Below, piece after piece: positions 17,900 to 27,521 of a stretch of 64,000 nt of DNA. The position numbers and the translations under genes were made by a program. Where the stretch lies: the IMG/VR virus record IMGVR_UViG_3300036781_000418, positions 278,592 through 342,591 of that record. The stretch is one strand, 5' to 3'. Below the pieces are notes generated by a model. The model did not search any database. It was not told the origin of the DNA and saw only the letters and a program-made list of their open reading frames with translations. The stretch's first letter is position 1; every line of letters begins with the position of its first letter.

Positions 17900-18010
17900 A
17901 CTGGCGGTCGTAAAGTACTCGATTTCCAAACGTGGTATCGAGCGTAAGAAGATCCTGTCGATCCGTGAACTACGTCGCGTGATCGACGATGAAGCAAGAA
18001 AGGCTGAACT

Positions 18011-18556
18011 ATGAAGGCGTTGGTTAAGCTCATCGCGGGCGTACGCGACGACGGTGTCATCGGCAACGCGGACCATTCGCTGCCGTTCAAGAGCTCACGT
18101 GACATGAAGCGCTTCAAGGAGCTGACTTCAGGGCACCATGTCATCATGGGTCGCGTGACGTTCGACACGCTCAAGCGGCCAGGTGGACTGCCTAACCGCT
18201 ACAACTACGTGGTGTCACGCACGAACTCGTGGTCGGCGATGGCCAGGCTGTGCGGTTCGTTGGATCAAGCGATTCAAGACTGCCACGACAGCAATGAGGT
18301 CATCGGCTATCCCAAGGACATCTGGATCATCGGTGGTGCGTCGATCTACAAGGAGGCGATTGAGCGCACCTTGGTGGATGAGTACTACCTGACCATCGTC
18401 CACCAACCAGGCGAAGTGCATCCAGCACAGGTGCACTTTCCGGTGTCGTTGGACGTCTTCATGCTGAGTGAAGGCGCTGAGATCGTGCATGAGCCAGCCA
18501 CGGAGACTGACCCTGCACTGACCTTCCTGACCGTCAAGCAACCACGGTCTGCTTGA
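18011..18556 (+). CDS. frd: Dihydrofolate reductase
   Basis: GVIG..LP...DMKRFKELT..VIMGRVTF..LPNR..IIGGASIY. Confidence 0.92.
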   Translation: MKALVKLIAGVRDDGVIGNADHSLPFKSSRDMKRFKELTSGHHVIMGRVTFDTLKRPGGLPNRYNYVVSRTNSWSAMARLCGSLDQAIQDCHDSNEVIGYPKDIWIIGGASIYKEAIERTLVDEYYLTIVHQPGEVHPAQVHFPVSLDVFMLSEGAEIVHEPATETDPALTFLTVKQPRSA

Positions 18557-18977
18557 CGACGGTTGCTGGTGGAACGCCCGTTGGGAACGGGCTGTCAGAC
18601 ACGACCATCGTCACGGTCGGCGTGATCATGGAGATGGTCGGCGTGCCAAGCGTGACGGCGTCCGTCGTCCACGTGAAGCTGGACGTAGCGTCCAGCACGC
18701 TGATCGGCGAGAGCAGGACAGTTGACATCGTCACCGTCGAGCTGGCCATCGCGCCCTTAGTCGACACTTCAACCTGCTGCAACAGCCCGCCAGACGCGTT
18801 GGCGTTCGGTCCAAGCGACTCCAAACTGAGCGTGTACAGTTCAGAGGTCTTGTTGGCGCGTGTGTCCTTCACCGTGATGTTGTAGGTCGCCGTCGCCGTC
18901 GTCAACGCGATGCGCGTCATAAACTTGGCCGCACCCACGGTGTCGGTTGAGAAAACGTAGTTTACGTCGTTAGCCAT
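18534..18977 (-). CDS. Probable structural protein
   Basis: Thr/Ser/Val-rich; follows the late gene 18980..20761. Confidence 0.55.
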   Translation of the reverse strand: MANDVNYVFSTDTVGAAKFMTRIALTTATATYNITVKDTRANKTSELYTLSLESLGPNANASGGLLQQVEVSTKGAMASSTVTMSTVLLSPISVLDATSSFTWTTDAVTLGTPTISMITPTVTMVVSDSPFPTGVPPATVVKQTVVA

Positions 18978-18979
18978 GA

Positions 18980-20761
18980 TCAGTCCTTGGATTGGTCATC
19001 GTTGTGGGTCCAGATGTACTTACCTGGAGCGTCGCCTGCGGCGTAGCATTGGTTTTCACAGAAGATCGTCGCAACGTAACCCATGCCAGCGTACGTGACA
19101 CTGACGATTTCCTCCCAACGGAAGCCGTTGTCGTCTTGGACTGGCAGCTTCTTGTTGAGCACGTTGCTGGCGAAGGTCGATGAACCGTCTTCAAGCGTGA
19201 CCGGAGTTGAGTCTGAGCAGGTCAACGTGATGCCTGAGCGCGAGATCAGCTTAACCAACGGCTGCAGTGAGGTACGGTTCGAGATGACGGTACCTGGCAC
19301 CGTCGTCGTGCGGTCAGTTGAGAGCAGGGAAAGCTCATCACCAACATCAACCTCACCAGCCACCTTACCAGACGGTAGGTAGGCTTGAACTGAGACTGAA
19401 CCACCGCCTCCTCCACCACCACTGCTCACAAAGGCCGCGGTGTTGATGCCGAAGTAGGAGTTACCAGCCGTCGTAGTTTCAAGACCGGTGACGTTCACCT
19501 GTCCACCAGCTGCGCCGAAGGCGCCGTTCACGAGGGAGTGCTTGACCCATGAGAGCGTTGGTGTCGTGTTCGCGCTAGCGAGCTTCGCGCCCACCACGTA
19601 GTAGGAGGCCGTCGTAAGGTCCGCGCTACCGACGACGTAGCTGCAGTAGATGTACAGGTTGTTCGCGTTGTCGGTGGAGATGTGTGGGACTCGGAAGCCA
19701 TCGCCAGAGGTGCCTGAACCGACCACCCCAAGTGATGGAACTGCAAGTGACCGTGACCAGGTAATGCCACCCGTCGTGATCTTGGCGATGTAGAGCTGGT
19801 CGTTGGCGTGTGGCGTGGTACCAGTAGTTGCACCAGACGAATAAGCCGTGACGTAGTAGTAGTTGCCCGCTGAGTCCACCGCGTGTTGAACACCGCGGAA
19901 GTGGTTGCCACTGTAGCTGAACGTTTGGTTAGCGACGTTCTGCGAGGTGTTGACGTCGATCGAGGCGGTGTTGACCAGCGCGCCGTTGGCGGGGTTCAGC
20001 TTCTGGAAGCTGCCAGTTTGGCTGACAATTGAACCGCCATGTGAGGACCCGTACAACGTGAACGAGTAGAGGTTGTCACTAGCGTCGACGGACAGGTGAC
20101 CTGAAGCCAACAGAATTGCTGACACTCCAGAGATCGTCGAGACGTAGCGCTTGTTCCAAGTGATGTTGCCAAACGAGTCCAGCTTCATGATGCAGAACGA
20201 ACCTTCAACTACACGACCCGCGTAGTAGGACACGTAGATGTTGTTGGCCGAGTCAGTGACGATACTCGTCACGACTGGAAACTGAAATTCATTGTTCGGG
20301 CTGCTTGGGTAGACCCAGTGCGTGATGCCGTTGCGCCAAGCCAACGTGCTGCCGTCGGCCGAGTACTTCCAGACGCCAAGGCCAGACTTTGACGTTGATC
20401 CGGCACCAGCCGTGTAGGTCACGTCGGTCTGGTAGAAAGTAGCAACGATGATGTTACCCGCCGAGTCGGTCGTCGTAAAGCTGGAGGCATCCAAGTAGTT
20501 CGGGTTGGCTTGCGTGCCGACCGTGTAGGTGGCCGGGTTGTTCATGCTCGACGAGAGCCAACGAGTCGTGGCCTGAGGCGCGCCGTAGAAGTTGAACAGT
20601 GAGAGCGGACCGCTGGTCGGAATCGCACCGCTTACGCCCGTCGTACCTGACGGGACGAACGTGCCACCGGCGTAGTAGTCCTCAAGCGAGGGCGAGGTGT
20701 TCCCGCCGAACTGCGTCTTCAGGTCGTTGATTGAGATGGGACCGGAGGTCTGGAGGGTCAT
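18980..20761 (-). CDS. Tail-associated beta-rich protein with C-terminal Hint domain
   Basis: MTLQTSGPISINDL..FGG..YY N-terminus and DSAGN repeats. Poly-Gly linker, then SVSV...VDVGD...LTCSDSTP...WEEIVSV...WTHN. Late promoter at 20791-20796. Confidence 0.7.
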   Translation of the reverse strand: MTLQTSGPISINDLKTQFGGNTSPSLEDYYAGGTFVPSGTTGVSGAIPTSGPLSLFNFYGAPQATTRWLSSSMNNPATYTVGTQANPNYLDASSFTTTDSAGNIIVATFYQTDVTYTAGAGSTSKSGLGVWKYSADGSTLAWRNGITHWVYPSSPNNEFQFPVVTSIVTDSANNIYVSYYAGRVVEGSFCIMKLDSFGNITWNKRYVSTISGVSAILLASGHLSVDASDNLYSFTLYGSSHGGSIVSQTGSFQKLNPANGALVNTASIDVNTSQNVANQTFSYSGNHFRGVQHAVDSAGNYYYVTAYSSGATTGTTPHANDQLYIAKITTGGITWSRSLAVPSLGVVGSGTSGDGFRVPHISTDNANNLYIYCSYVVGSADLTTASYYVVGAKLASANTTPTLSWVKHSLVNGAFGAAGGQVNVTGLETTTAGNSYFGINTAAFVSSGGGGGGGSVSVQAYLPSGKVAGEVDVGDELSLLSTDRTTTVPGTVISNRTSLQPLVKLISRSGITLTCSDSTPVTLEDGSSTFASNVLNKKLPVQDDNGFRWEEIVSVTYAGMGYVATIFCENQCYAAGDAPGKYIWTHNDDQSKD

Positions 20762-20922
20762 GGCTGTAGGGTTAACAAGCTTACGTCCCCTATTTAGCCT
20801 CGAGCCAGATCAAAGCTGAACCTGTTTCATGGTTAAGTGGATCCTAGATCTACAACGAACGATGGGTTCATGGCAACTTCGGCAAGTTAAGATGGGCCTA
20901 CCACCACAAGTAGCGACGCACC

Positions 20923-21303
20923 ATGCGATCCATCTTCAAAAACCGCGGCTTCGACACGATCATCAGCGACGGCAACGACTACACCTGTCTCGCCTTCGTC
21001 ACGAACGGTACCGTCCTGCTCTACGGTATGGTCTCAACGTCCAGCGTCTCGGCGTACAACGACGCGAAGACGCAGGTGCTGAAGATCTTCGGTCGGCTCT
21101 ACGCCACCGAAGAGCTGGTTCACCCCCACTTGGTAGTCTCCGGTATCGTGGTCGCCGGCAAAATCTCCGTAGGTCGTCTCGTAGTACGTAAGACGGCCTC
21201 ACTCCAAGCAACGTCCATCGAATATGATGAACTTGTCATTGAGCCTGGTGCTTACCTCGACGTAGGAAAGCTCAGCAAGAAGGTCCCTCAACCCGTGGCT
21301 TAA
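20923..21303 (+). CDS. Bactofilin-like (polymer-forming beta-helix) protein
   Basis: DTIIS..G, VSGIVVAGKISVGRLVVRKTASL...YDELVIEPGA. Confidence 0.55.
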   Translation: MRSIFKNRGFDTIISDGNDYTCLAFVTNGTVLLYGMVSTSSVSAYNDAKTQVLKIFGRLYATEELVHPHLVVSGIVVAGKISVGRLVVRKTASLQATSIEYDELVIEPGAYLDVGKLSKKVPQPVA

Positions 21304-21327
21304 CCGCCTTTTCCACCACTAGGAGCT

Positions 21328-23298
21328 ATGATGTCTCTGAAAAAACTGGCTGAACAACGCAAGAACCAACTTGGGCAATCCGAGCCGATGACGCTCGAAG
21401 CCTACCTCGAACTGTGCAAGAGCGACCGCATGGCGTTCGCCACGGCGGCCGAGCGGTTCATGGACGCCGTTGGCGAGCCACGCATCGTTGATACTTCCGA
21501 AGACCAGCGCCTCTCGCGCATTCACTCCAACCAGAAGATCCGCGTCTACGACGCCTTCTCCGACTTCTACGGCATGGAAGCCGCGGTCGAACGCGTCGTC
21601 GCTTACTTCCGCCACGCGGCTCAAGGCCTCGAGGAATCGAAGCAGATCCTGTACTTGCTGGGTCCCGTCGGCGGCGGCAAGTCGAGCCTCTCCGAGCGCA
21701 TCAAGGCGCTGATGGAGAAGCACGCTATGTACGTGCTGTACGACGAGAACGAGACCAACCCCGAGCTGAAGCTCTCGCCGGTCTTCGAATCGCCGCTGGC
21801 CCTCTTCAACCCCAACAACCCCGACGACGCCGCCGTCCTGAACGAGTACGGCATTCCGCTGTCCTACGCAGGCCGCTCGCCGCTCTCCGGCTGGGCCCAA
21901 CAGAAGCTCGACGAGTTCAAGGCCAACGACCTCGACTTCAGCGCCTTCAAGGTGGTCAAGCTGTACCCCAACAAGGACCGTCAGATCGGCATCATGAAGG
22001 TCGAGCCGGGCGACGAGAACAACCAAGACGTCTCGGTGCTGATCGGCAAGACTGACCTGCGCAAGCTCGAGAAGTTCCCGCAGAACCACCCGTACGCCTA
22101 CTCCTACAGCGGCGGCCTGAACCGCACGACGCAAGGCCTGATGGAGTTCGCCGAAATGTTCAAGGCGAACATCAAGACCCTCAACCCCTTGCTGATGGCC
22201 ACGCAGGACCGCTCCTACAAGGGCACTGAAGCGATTCCCGCCCTCCCGTATGGTGGCGTGATCATGGCCCACTCCAACGAGTCCGAGTGGGAAACCTTCC
22301 GCAACAACAAGTCGAACGAGGCTTTCCTCGATCGCGTGTTCATCGTCAACGTGCCGTACTGCCTGCGCTACGACGAAGAGGAACGCATCTACCAGAAGAT
22401 GCTGAACTCCTCGGTGCTGCGTGATGTGCGCGTCGCGCCTGGCACGCTGAAGATGCTGTCGCAGTGGTCGGTGCTGACGCGCCTGAAGAGCCCTGAAAAC
22501 TCGACCATCGCGGCCAAGCTGGCGGTCTACAACGGCGAGAACGTCAAGGACAAGATGCCCAACGTCAAGTCCCACGAGGAGTACGTCGAGGCCGCTGGTC
22601 CGCGCGAAGGCATGGCCGGCATGTCCACCCGCTTCGCCTTCAAGGTGTTGAGCTCGGTGATCAACTTCCGCCCTGAAGAACTCCAGGCCAACCCCGTTGA
22701 CCTGATGTTCGTGCTGACGGAAGCCTTGAAGAAGGAAGGTCTGCCGCCTGAAACCCAACAGGCCTACGAGAACTTCATCAAGGAGATCCTGCAACCGAAG
22801 TACTTCGAGACCCTCGAGAAGGAACTCCGTGCGGCCTACCTCGACTCGTTCAGCGCCTTCGGCCAGAACCTCTTCGAGCGCTACATCCGCTTCGCCGAAG
22901 CGTGGATCGCCGACGAGCAGTGCAAGGACCCCGAGACCCACCAACTGCTGGACCGTCGGAAGCTCAACGACGAACTGGAAGCGATCGAGAAGGCCAGCGG
23001 CATCACGAACGCGAAGGACTTCCGCCAGGACATCGTGAACTACGTCCTGCGCTACAAGTCGCGCAGCGAAGGCAAGTCGCCGGCGTGGACCGAGTACGAG
23101 AAGATCCGCCAAGTCCTCGAGAAGCGCATGTTCAGCGCCACTGAGAACATCATGCCCGTGATCTCGTTCGGCCCCAAGCACGACCGCGACCTCGAGGACA
23201 AGCACAACGCGTTCATCCAGCGCATGCTGGACAAGGGCTACTCCGAGCTGCAGATCAAGCAGCTGGTGGCCTGGTGGTCGAACAACAAGCGCACCTAA
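21328..23298 (+). CDS. prkA: PrkA/YeaG AAA+ serine kinase
   Basis: HAAQGLEESKQILYLLGPVGGGKSSLSE, EPGDENNQDVS, GLMEFAEMFKA, NEAFLDR, VPYCLR. Confidence 0.95.
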   Translation: MMSLKKLAEQRKNQLGQSEPMTLEAYLELCKSDRMAFATAAERFMDAVGEPRIVDTSEDQRLSRIHSNQKIRVYDAFSDFYGMEAAVERVVAYFRHAAQGLEESKQILYLLGPVGGGKSSLSERIKALMEKHAMYVLYDENETNPELKLSPVFESPLALFNPNNPDDAAVLNEYGIPLSYAGRSPLSGWAQQKLDEFKANDLDFSAFKVVKLYPNKDRQIGIMKVEPGDENNQDVSVLIGKTDLRKLEKFPQNHPYAYSYSGGLNRTTQGLMEFAEMFKANIKTLNPLLMATQDRSYKGTEAIPALPYGGVIMAHSNESEWETFRNNKSNEAFLDRVFIVNVPYCLRYDEEERIYQKMLNSSVLRDVRVAPGTLKMLSQWSVLTRLKSPENSTIAAKLAVYNGENVKDKMPNVKSHEEYVEAAGPREGMAGMSTRFAFKVLSSVINFRPEELQANPVDLMFVLTEALKKEGLPPETQQAYENFIKEILQPKYFETLEKELRAAYLDSFSAFGQNLFERYIRFAEAWIADEQCKDPETHQLLDRRKLNDELEAIEKASGITNAKDFRQDIVNYVLRYKSRSEGKSPAWTEYEKIRQVLEKRMFSATENIMPVISFGPKHDRDLEDKHNAFIQRMLDKGYSELQIKQLVAWWSNNKRT

Positions 23299-23382
23299 CC
23301 GTGCGTCGGTTGTAAGTAAGGTAAGGAGGGTGGCCGTGGTGGGCTACCCTCCATTACCCCTCCCCTTGAAAGGCGACCCATC

Positions 23383-24744
23383 ATGACAACGGACATTATG
23401 CACAAGTCAGACATGATCATCGTCGACCGCCGCCGCACGGCGCGCGGAAAGTCGCTCCCCAACCGAGAGCGACTGCTCGACCGGATCCGCGATGCAATTC
23501 GCTCGGCGGATCCAGAAAACATCGGCACCGGCGGTGTCAAGGCTTCCGGTGCGCCGACTGGCGGCGCTGGTGGTGCCAACAACCCCGTCACCGTGGCCCG
23601 TGAGGCCTTGGCCGAACCAACCTTCCACTACGCCCGCCAATCAGGCAAGCACACCATCGTGCTGATTGGCAACAAGGAGTGGAACCGTGGTGACGACTTC
23701 CCGCTTGAAGGTGAAAGCGACGAAGAAGGTGGTGGCGGTGAAGGCGGCTTCGGTGAAGACGAAGAAGACGACTTCATCGTGAACATCTCGGCCGAGGAGT
23801 TCTACAAGGTCTTCTTCGACGACTGTGAGCTCCCCAACATCCAAGAGTCCACGATGCGCGTGGTGCCGGATGAAGCACCCTCGCACGCTGGCTTCCAGCG
23901 CAGCGGCAACCCCGCCCAGCTGTCGGTCATCCGCTCCTACAAGAACTCCATGGGTCGCCGCAACGCGCTGACCAAGCCCGCTCGTGAGGAGCTGGCGGAA
24001 CTGGAAGCCGAGTTCGAACTTCGTTCGCAGGGCAAGCACCCACAAGGTGAGTACCTCGACGAGGCGGAGAACATCTCGATCATGGCGACCTTGGCCGAAC
24101 GGATCGAGGAACTGCGCCGCAAGATCGGCGCCACGCCGTTCTTCGAGGAGCTGGACCTTCGCTTCGTTCACCGTGAACGCCAGCAAGTCAAGAAGGCCGA
24201 GGCCGCGTTCTTCATGCTGATGGACGTGTCCGGTTCGATGGACGAGGAGCGCAAGCGGATCGCCCGCAAGATGTTCACGTTGCAGTACGTGTTCATCAAG
24301 CGCACGTACCCCGACACGGACATCGTGTTCATCTCCCACACGAACACGCCGCTTGAGGTGACCGAGACGGACTTCTTCACGTCCACCCGCTCCGGTGGTA
24401 CGTCCATCTCGCCAGCCTACACGATGGCGCATGACCTCATCAACAAGCGGTACGATCCGAACCTCACCAACATCTACCTGTCGCACGCCAGCGACAGCGA
24501 CAACTGGGACACGGACAACCTGCTGGTGGAGAAGGAGTTGGTGGGTAGTGGCCTGCTGCCGAAGCTGCGCCACATGGTCTACTTTCACTGCGGCTTTGGC
24601 TCCAACCAGTACGGTGCACGGGCCTTCATGGTGCTGCTCAAGGGCATCGCCAACAAGTCCAACAACAAGCTCACCGTGGCTTCGATCGAAGATGAAGGTG
24701 CCGTGTTCACGGTGTTCAAGGCGGTCTACCGCAAGAAGGGTTAA
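23383..24744 (+). CDS. yeaH: YeaH/YhbH (DUF444) vWA protein
   Basis: IVDRR..GKSLPNRER, GNKEW.RGD, LMDVSGSMDE, SGGTSIS, HASDSDNW. Confidence 0.93.
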   Translation: MTTDIMHKSDMIIVDRRRTARGKSLPNRERLLDRIRDAIRSADPENIGTGGVKASGAPTGGAGGANNPVTVAREALAEPTFHYARQSGKHTIVLIGNKEWNRGDDFPLEGESDEEGGGGEGGFGEDEEDDFIVNISAEEFYKVFFDDCELPNIQESTMRVVPDEAPSHAGFQRSGNPAQLSVIRSYKNSMGRRNALTKPAREELAELEAEFELRSQGKHPQGEYLDEAENISIMATLAERIEELRRKIGATPFFEELDLRFVHRERQQVKKAEAAFFMLMDVSGSMDEERKRIARKMFTLQYVFIKRTYPDTDIVFISHTNTPLEVTETDFFTSTRSGGTSISPAYTMAHDLINKRYDPNLTNIYLSHASDSDNWDTDNLLVEKELVGSGLLPKLRHMVYFHCGFGSNQYGARAFMVLLKGIANKSNNKLTVASIEDEGAVFTVFKAVYRKKG

Positions 24745-24746
24745 CC

Positions 24747-26222
24747 ATGAAACCAATCGACTCCAAAGAGGACTTCTCCGCTCCTCGCATCGTCGAGATC
24801 TGGAATGAAGTGGCGATCATCGCGAAGGATGAGCTGGGCATGGAGGTTGGCAAGAACCTCTACATCAACCAGTTTGAGATCGTGACGGCCGAACAGCTGC
24901 TGGACGCGTACGCTTCGATTGGACTGCCCGTCAACTACCACCACTGGTCGTTCGGCAAGAAGTTCATCGAAAACGAGCGCTCGTACGCTCAAGGCAAGAT
25001 GGGGCTGGCGCTGGAGATGGTGATCAACTCCAACCCCTGCATCAACTACCTGTCCGAGCAGAACACCATGGTCGAGCAGGCCATGGTGATCGCCCACGCC
25101 GCGATCGGTCACAACTTCTGCTTCACCAACAACGTCTACTTCAAGGAGTGGACGTCGGCCTCGAACATCGTGGACTACATGGTCTTTGCTCGTGACTTCA
25201 TCGGTCGCTGTGAGGACCAGTACGGGCGCGACGAGGTGGAGAAGGTGATCGACGCGTGCCACTCCATCGGCACCCACTCGATCGACAAGTACCACCGTCG
25301 CAACACGACCAAGGAGAACGAGGAAGCGCGCCTCGAGAAGATCCTCAAGGAAGACGACCGTCGCCAGCGTGAGCTGGACATCGTGATGCGCAAGACGTCG
25401 CTGAACTACATGAAGGACGATCCGGTCGCTGACACCGCCGAGGTGGACCAAGAGGAGAACATCCTCTACTTCATCATGAAGAAGGCGCCCAACACGCCGC
25501 AGTGGAAGCGCGAGATCATGCGCATCTGCTACAAGGTGGAGTCCTACTTCCAGCATCAAGGCCTGACCAAGGTATTGAACGAGGGCATCGCCACCTTCGT
25601 CCACTACTACATCATGGAGCGGCTCGAGGCCAAGGGCTGCATCACGTCGGACGCGTACATCAAGTTCCTTGATCTGCACGCCTCGGTGATTCGTCAGCCA
25701 CACTACAAGCAACGTGGCGGCACACGTTTCAACCCCTACAAGCTCGGCTTCGAGATCCTCATGGACCTCAAGCGCATCTGCACCGAGCCGACGGAGGAAG
25801 ACAAGCGCTGGTTCCCCAACATCATCGGCCGCCCATGGTGCGAGGTGGTCAAGGAGGCCGTGACGGAGTACCGTGACGACTCCTTCATCCAGCAGTTCAT
25901 GTCACCGAAGCTGATGCGCGACTTCGGGCTGTTCTCCATCGAGATCGACTACGAAGAGTCGGACGACTACGCCAAGGTGCTGGAGATCCAAGACGATCAA
26001 GGGTACTCCAACCTTCGCACGCAGCTCGCCCAAAGCTACGAGCGCATCAACTACGTGCCGGAAATTGCGGTGGTCAAGGCCGACCTCGGCGGCGACCGCA
26101 CCCTGCACCTGCGCTACAAGCAGTTCAACGAGCGCACAGTGGACGTGGACGACGCACGTGACGTGATTCGCCACCTGAAGTTCCTCTGGGGCTACCCAGT
26201 CTCGTTTGAAATCCCTGATTGA
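24747..26222 (+). CDS. ycgB: SpoVR/YcgB family protein
   Basis: GLPVNYHHWSFGK, EMVINSNPCINYL, AHAAIGHN, TKVLNEG, NPYKLGF. Confidence 0.93.
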   Translation: MKPIDSKEDFSAPRIVEIWNEVAIIAKDELGMEVGKNLYINQFEIVTAEQLLDAYASIGLPVNYHHWSFGKKFIENERSYAQGKMGLALEMVINSNPCINYLSEQNTMVEQAMVIAHAAIGHNFCFTNNVYFKEWTSASNIVDYMVFARDFIGRCEDQYGRDEVEKVIDACHSIGTHSIDKYHRRNTTKENEEARLEKILKEDDRRQRELDIVMRKTSLNYMKDDPVADTAEVDQEENILYFIMKKAPNTPQWKREIMRICYKVESYFQHQGLTKVLNEGIATFVHYYIMERLEAKGCITSDAYIKFLDLHASVIRQPHYKQRGGTRFNPYKLGFEILMDLKRICTEPTEEDKRWFPNIIGRPWCEVVKEAVTEYRDDSFIQQFMSPKLMRDFGLFSIEIDYEESDDYAKVLEIQDDQGYSNLRTQLAQSYERINYVPEIAVVKADLGGDRTLHLRYKQFNERTVDVDDARDVIRHLKFLWGYPVSFEIPD

Positions 26223-26433
26223 AAGGACCACCATGATCACCGCTGAACAAGAAACCAAGTTGCGCGCCTTGCTGAAGCGCAACCTCCTCGACGAGGAGCA
26301 GCTGGCCGATGAGGAACCATGGGGGCAGGACGGCTCGATGAACTGCTTCGACAACGGGAAACCGTTTGGCGCCCACGACCTGGCTGAAGAGATCTTCGAG
26401 ATCATCGGCCAGTAGTTTTCAGCATTGTCGCAC

Positions 26434-26454
26434 AAGGGACCTTTGGGTCCCTTT
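26434..26454 (+). terminator. Intrinsic terminator, then late promoter TAAATA (26469-26474)
   Basis: AAGGGACC-TTTG-GGTCCCTT followed by T. Confidence 0.55.
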
Positions 26455-26499
26455 CCGGTCTCCGGCTGTAAATACCAACACAGCTAGCTACAACCTGAC

Positions 26500-27387
26500 A
26501 TGCGGTCATTCAAACAGTTTCTCCTCCAAGAAGGCGGTAAGGCCATGGAGGAACACGGCGTAGACCGTGCTACCAAGGCGGACATCGAGTCCGTACTTGA
26601 TCAACTCGCCTCCGCGCTCTCCATGTCGAAGGACGACCTAGCCAAGCAGCTGCTTGGCTCGACGACCTTGACGCTGAAGGGCAAGAAGGAAGACTCAGGT
26701 GACGTCGACGTCGGCCTGTTGAAGGACACCCGTGACGAGGCGGTCGCTGCCGTCGAGCAGCACGTTGGAGTTCAAGGCAAGAAGATCGGCGCCAACATCG
26801 TCTCGTTCCCATTTACGGTCGGTGACAAGAAAGTCCAAGTCGACCTGGTGTTCGTGCCTGACCTACGCTGGGCACGCTTCTCGCACTTCGCCTCGGCCAA
26901 CTCACAACACAAGTCCGGTGTTCGCAACGAACTGATCCACTCCGCCCTCAAGTTCTCCCACGTACCTGGTGAGGACGTCGTGCACGTGGACAAGGACGGC
27001 AACCTGGTGGTGCGTGCGTCACGTTCCTACAACCTTGAGGACGGTGTCAAGCGAATCTTCAAGGTCGCCCCGAAGCGCAAGGACGGCCAAGGTCGGGTGA
27101 AGTCCACGGTCCACACCACGCCCGAAGAAGTTCGTCGCACCCTTGACGACATCGGCGTCTCCACGAAGTTCTCCGACAAGGAGGACCTGATCCTTGACCC
27201 TAACCAGCTCGGTGAGCTTCTGTTCGGTCAAGGCGTCGGTGGGAACGACATGCTCTCCACTGAGCAGCTCATCAAGCTGATCAAGGACAAGAAGGGCGAC
27301 CGTGCCGAGGCTATCCTCAAGGACGCGGTGCAGGGGATCAAGGCCCGTAAGTTCGACGTCCCCGACGAGCTCAAGCAGTACGAGTAG
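26500..27387 (+). CDS. Pol-beta-family nucleotidyltransferase with capsid-targeting-like leader
   Basis: MRSFKQFLLQE leader; LLGS...SGDVDV and QVDL catalytic Asp pattern; late promoter. Confidence 0.65.
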   Translation: MRSFKQFLLQEGGKAMEEHGVDRATKADIESVLDQLASALSMSKDDLAKQLLGSTTLTLKGKKEDSGDVDVGLLKDTRDEAVAAVEQHVGVQGKKIGANIVSFPFTVGDKKVQVDLVFVPDLRWARFSHFASANSQHKSGVRNELIHSALKFSHVPGEDVVHVDKDGNLVVRASRSYNLEDGVKRIFKVAPKRKDGQGRVKSTVHTTPEEVRRTLDDIGVSTKFSDKEDLILDPNQLGELLFGQGVGGNDMLSTEQLIKLIKDKKGDRAEAILKDAVQGIKARKFDVPDELKQYE

Positions 27388-27440
27388 AGGCATTAGCTGA
27401 CAGATAGTGCGGGTTCACCGTACGGCGACACGAAATGAAC

Positions 27441-27462
27441 AGAGGGACCCTAGGGTCCCTCT
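27441..27462. terminator. Bidirectional terminator between convergent genes
   Basis: AGAGGGACC-CTAG-GGTCCCTCT. Confidence 0.6.
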
Positions 27463-27521
27463 TCTGTTGTGCTCTATGTCGAAGTTAGCCGGGATGAACC
27501 GGCGTCGCCTCGTGTCGCCGA

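Noticed and set aside
21319-23205. Long antisense ORFs (e.g. 21319-23205, 15133-16098, 47766-49328, 29864-30859)
   Set aside because: Shadow frames of GC3-biased genes whose sense strand has clear family motifs.
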